Part shown: positions 61,139-64,000 of the stretch, piece after piece | Layout of the letters: each line of letters begins with the position of its first letter | Numbering within the stretch: the first letter of the stretch is position 1 | Assembly: GCA_965153285.1 (NCBI GenBank) | Contig: OZ229111.1 | From: Podarcis tiliguerta | Lineage: Eukaryota | DNA: 64,000 nt | Reading direction: 5' to 3' (one strand) | Program-made: the position numbers and the translations under genes | The notes under the pieces: generated by a model | Told to the model about the DNA's origin: nothing | Databases searched by the model: none | Seen by the model: only the letters and a program-made list of their open reading frames with translations

Positions 61139-61511
61139 CTAAAATGCATCTCATTCTGTACAACTGGAATAACGTAGTTCATAGTTAACTCCAAGAGGCA
61201 GTCCCTAGATGCAGAGCTGCAGCTTTAAGCAGACCATCAAAATCAGTTTCAATTTAACCTATCAATAAAATCATTAATCTTCAGCAAGGCTGAAATTTAC
61301 ACACCACACTGTCTAGACAACTATTATCTGTAAATATTAAACAAAGACATTTCCAGGGAGCTCTTCAGATACACATAACAGGCCATAGAAATGTATTGTA
61401 AAGTTAATTTTGGTACATAATTGTAATGTCCATCTACAGCATTGAGTACAAAACCTATGCAGTTGTTTTCTGCATTACAGCGTGCCACTGCATACCTGAA
61501 TACCTTTTTGA

Positions 61512-61991
61512 TCAATATGGCTTGTAGTTATTCTGATGACCACGTCTTGGAGCTTTCCCATAATTTGAACTTCCTTGACCTATAAACAAGAGATCAAATG
61601 CATTAAACTGCTATTAAGTTATGCTTGCATATACCTAATACAGTTCTCTTTACTTACTGTAATCATAGCCCGGTCCATATCCAAAATACCCATATCCTGA
61701 ATAATCATAGCCTCCATAGCCATCATAACCTTCCTGATAGCCGTATCCTTGACTCCCATAACCCTGGTTCCAGTAATTGCCATAACCTGGACTCCAATTT
61801 TGACTTTGAGCTATAGAAAGGAAAACCATCCACAAAATCCCATTTTAGTATAGAGTTTTGTTTTAGAATGTGTCCATACTAACGTACTGTGCATAATACG
61901 TACCTCTTCTTCCACCTCTTCCTCGGCCACCCCCAGATCCAAATTGTTGTTGCTGATACACTTCTTTCGGTTGTGCAACCTTTATCTCACA
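61512..61991 (-). CDS. HNRNPAB: Heterogeneous nuclear ribonucleoprotein A/B, last three coding exons (5'-partial)
   Basis: Minus-strand exons 61991-61904 [29 protein letters not shown], 61810-61658 [19 protein letters not shown]...GYGPGYDY, 61579-61512 [22 protein letters not shown] (PY-NLS); canonical splice sites with consistent phases. Confidence 0.93.
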
Positions 61992-63035
61992 CTGGGGAGG
62001 GGAAATCAAGGTTTTTATTTTAAACACTTCCTTCCAACATTTATCTATGGTTGAAATAATGTGATTTTTTAATTTGAATAGAATTCCCACATGTTATTAA
62101 CATACATTAGGCTCAGAGTAGATTCACGTTTTCATCTGACTCTCTAGCTACTGAATGGAAAGAGGCAGGACAGCAGGACTTTTAAACACTTATCTTCAGT
62201 GTGCATCTTAAAAAGACTCAAATCACTAGAATTTATCATGATTAAAGTTGATGGCAGCCTCTCTCTTTTAGTCCATTTATTCCATGCACAATTGCCCTCC
62301 AAATAACAATGCTATGCATGTCAACCTGCTGTCCTAGGATTCTAAGTCAACAGCATGCAAATTCCCTTTAAAAGTTTTCTATCAAATGCTTTCATTCAAA
62401 ACAGTCCCCTCTGTGGTCAGTTAGGCAACCTCCTTTGACTTGTTTGGTATGGCAAAGCACATCCTAAACAATGGAAGCTTCGCCTTACAAAGAATATGGT
62501 GGTAAGATTATGTATTTTAATCAATTTTTTAAAATTAAGCCAGGTTTTTTTCCAAAAGTCTGTTTTTAACCAGTTGTCCTGGCACTTAAGGTAAGTAAAA
62601 CTACAGAAAATAATAGAAGTAAAGATTACTGCCCCTTTGTCCCCGATTTCTTCCAAAAAGTCTTTCCAGACTAATGGAAAGGGGTGTGTTTGCTACTCCT
62701 GAGCAATGTGGGGTACATAAAACTGGGCAGAGTGGAGATCCATTCACACAGTGTTGTTGCCTGAGTTGGGATTTCAAGAAGCTTTTCAGGAACAAGGGCA
62801 ATTGCAAAACTATTTTGTTAACTTTCCTTGGTTCATTTATCTTAAAATGCTATAGATGTTTTAAAAACATTGGTTTGATGTCTATAAAACTTGCAAAGGA
62901 AGTCCCAAACTCCATAATTACACTGGTCTCTTAAAAAGTGACCATTCTATCTTAAGGTTTGACATCTGTGCTAAAACTATTAATAATTTTTTGGGCTTCT
63001 ACTAGACACAGGGACTAGCAAGATAGGTGCTAGAT

Positions 63036-63168
63036 CAGGCATAGGCAAACTCAGCCCTCCAGATGTTTTGGGACAACTCTCCCCATCCCTGACCACTGGT
63101 CCTGTTAGCTAGGGATGATGGGAGTTGTAGTCCCAAAATATCTGGAGGGCTGAGTTTGCCTACTCCTG
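63036..63168. mobile_element. hAT-family MITE with 8-bp TSD
   Basis: TGCTAGAT|caggcataggcaaactcagccctccagat...atctggagggctgagtttgcctactcctg|TGCTAGAT; degenerate relatives at ~40870-40980, ~43785-43910 and ~54578-54680. Confidence 0.88.
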
Positions 63169-63507
63169 TGCTAGATATTGGAAATGCTATCCAGCATAAC
63201 ATAAATCAAAGAGCCCTGGGCTATTATATGCTCTGTCTTCCCTCCCTACAGGCTCAATTGAGTTACTTTCACACTGCATCCACACCAACAAACTATGGTT
63301 GTATGAACTCTGCAAATCAAGATCAAAAATTAATGATGGTCTAAAAGGGTCACACAACCTATAGCAGCACTAAATAAATAAAAATAAAACCACTATCTAT
63401 ATTTGTACCTATTCTTAACCACAAAAAGGAATTACTGTAAAAATATTTTTGGGGGGTGGGGAGCACCAAATATTGTCCTCACTCAGGGCACTGTATTACC
63501 AAAGTCA

Positions 63508-63655
63508 CACATACATACATACATACATACAAACACACACACACACACACACGCCCGGGTCTATATGGCAGTTTGAAATGCAACATCCAACTTGTTTCCA
63601 TGGAAGCTGTTCCGGAAGGAAGGAAGGAAGGAAAGAAGGAAGGAAGGAAGGAAGG
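63508..63655. repeat. (CATA)n/(CA)n and (GGAA)n microsatellites
   Basis: Direct reading at 63508-63552 and 63614-63655. Confidence 0.9.
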
Positions 63656-64000
63656 TGCTCCTTGAATTGTATAGGGGTTTGCAATCGTGATTTGATGTTA
63701 CATCTGATCCACCTTGCTAACAAAGATCATTTGTGGAAACCATATGGATATCCTTCCATTATTTTATGTCCTTCAACTACTCAAGCAATGTGGCATTTCA
63801 CCAATGGACACTACTAACTAAAATCAGTATTGCCATTTTATTTTCTGTAACCTAGAGAAGAATAATTAAGTAACTACCAGCTCTTGTTTCTGGAAACACT
63901 AGACTCTGAAGACTTTCAAATAAGCACTTGTAGTATTGCAGCCTTAAACTTTCAAGTGAATGATCTTACGCTGGTTCCTTAAATGTGTACAAATTGCATG

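Noticed and set aside
61512-61991. HNRNPD or HNRNPDL identity
   Set aside because: NYWNQGYG and [12 protein letters not shown] plus adjacency to PHYKPL fit HNRNPAB.
63965-64000. Minus-strand donor-like site (cttac) as the next HNRNPAB exon
   Set aside because: The adjacent sequence does not translate to RRM2 residues; the upstream exons lie outside the window.

Overview
Vertebrate genomic DNA, probably a squamate (lacertid-like lizard, inferred from Sauria/Squam-type SINEs). It carries the conserved gene order COL23A1 (+; 5' exons lie upstream of the window) -> PHYKPL (+; complete, 12 coding exons, 441 aa) -> <- HNRNPAB (-; last three coding exons and 3' UTR). The main observation is at 13055-16908. 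A 63-nt phase-0 COL23A1 exon, single-copy in human (GEPGSMGPRGENGVDGAPGPK, recalled), is tandemly amplified to 22 copies with mostly 87-93-nt introns. All splice sites are intact, no exon has an indel, and Gly is kept in 153 of 154 Gly-X-Y triplets, so up to 441 extra residues could be added to the triple helix. The same gene has two further duplicated exons, one dead partial duplicate, and a COL25A1-NC2-like non-collagenous exon. Other items: a TA-flanked TIR element carrying nine palindromic 119-bp repeats, a GC-AG intron in PHYKPL, and hnRNP D-family-like 3' UTR splice signals in HNRNPAB. All exon calls were read by eye; homology statements come from recalled protein sequences, not database searches.
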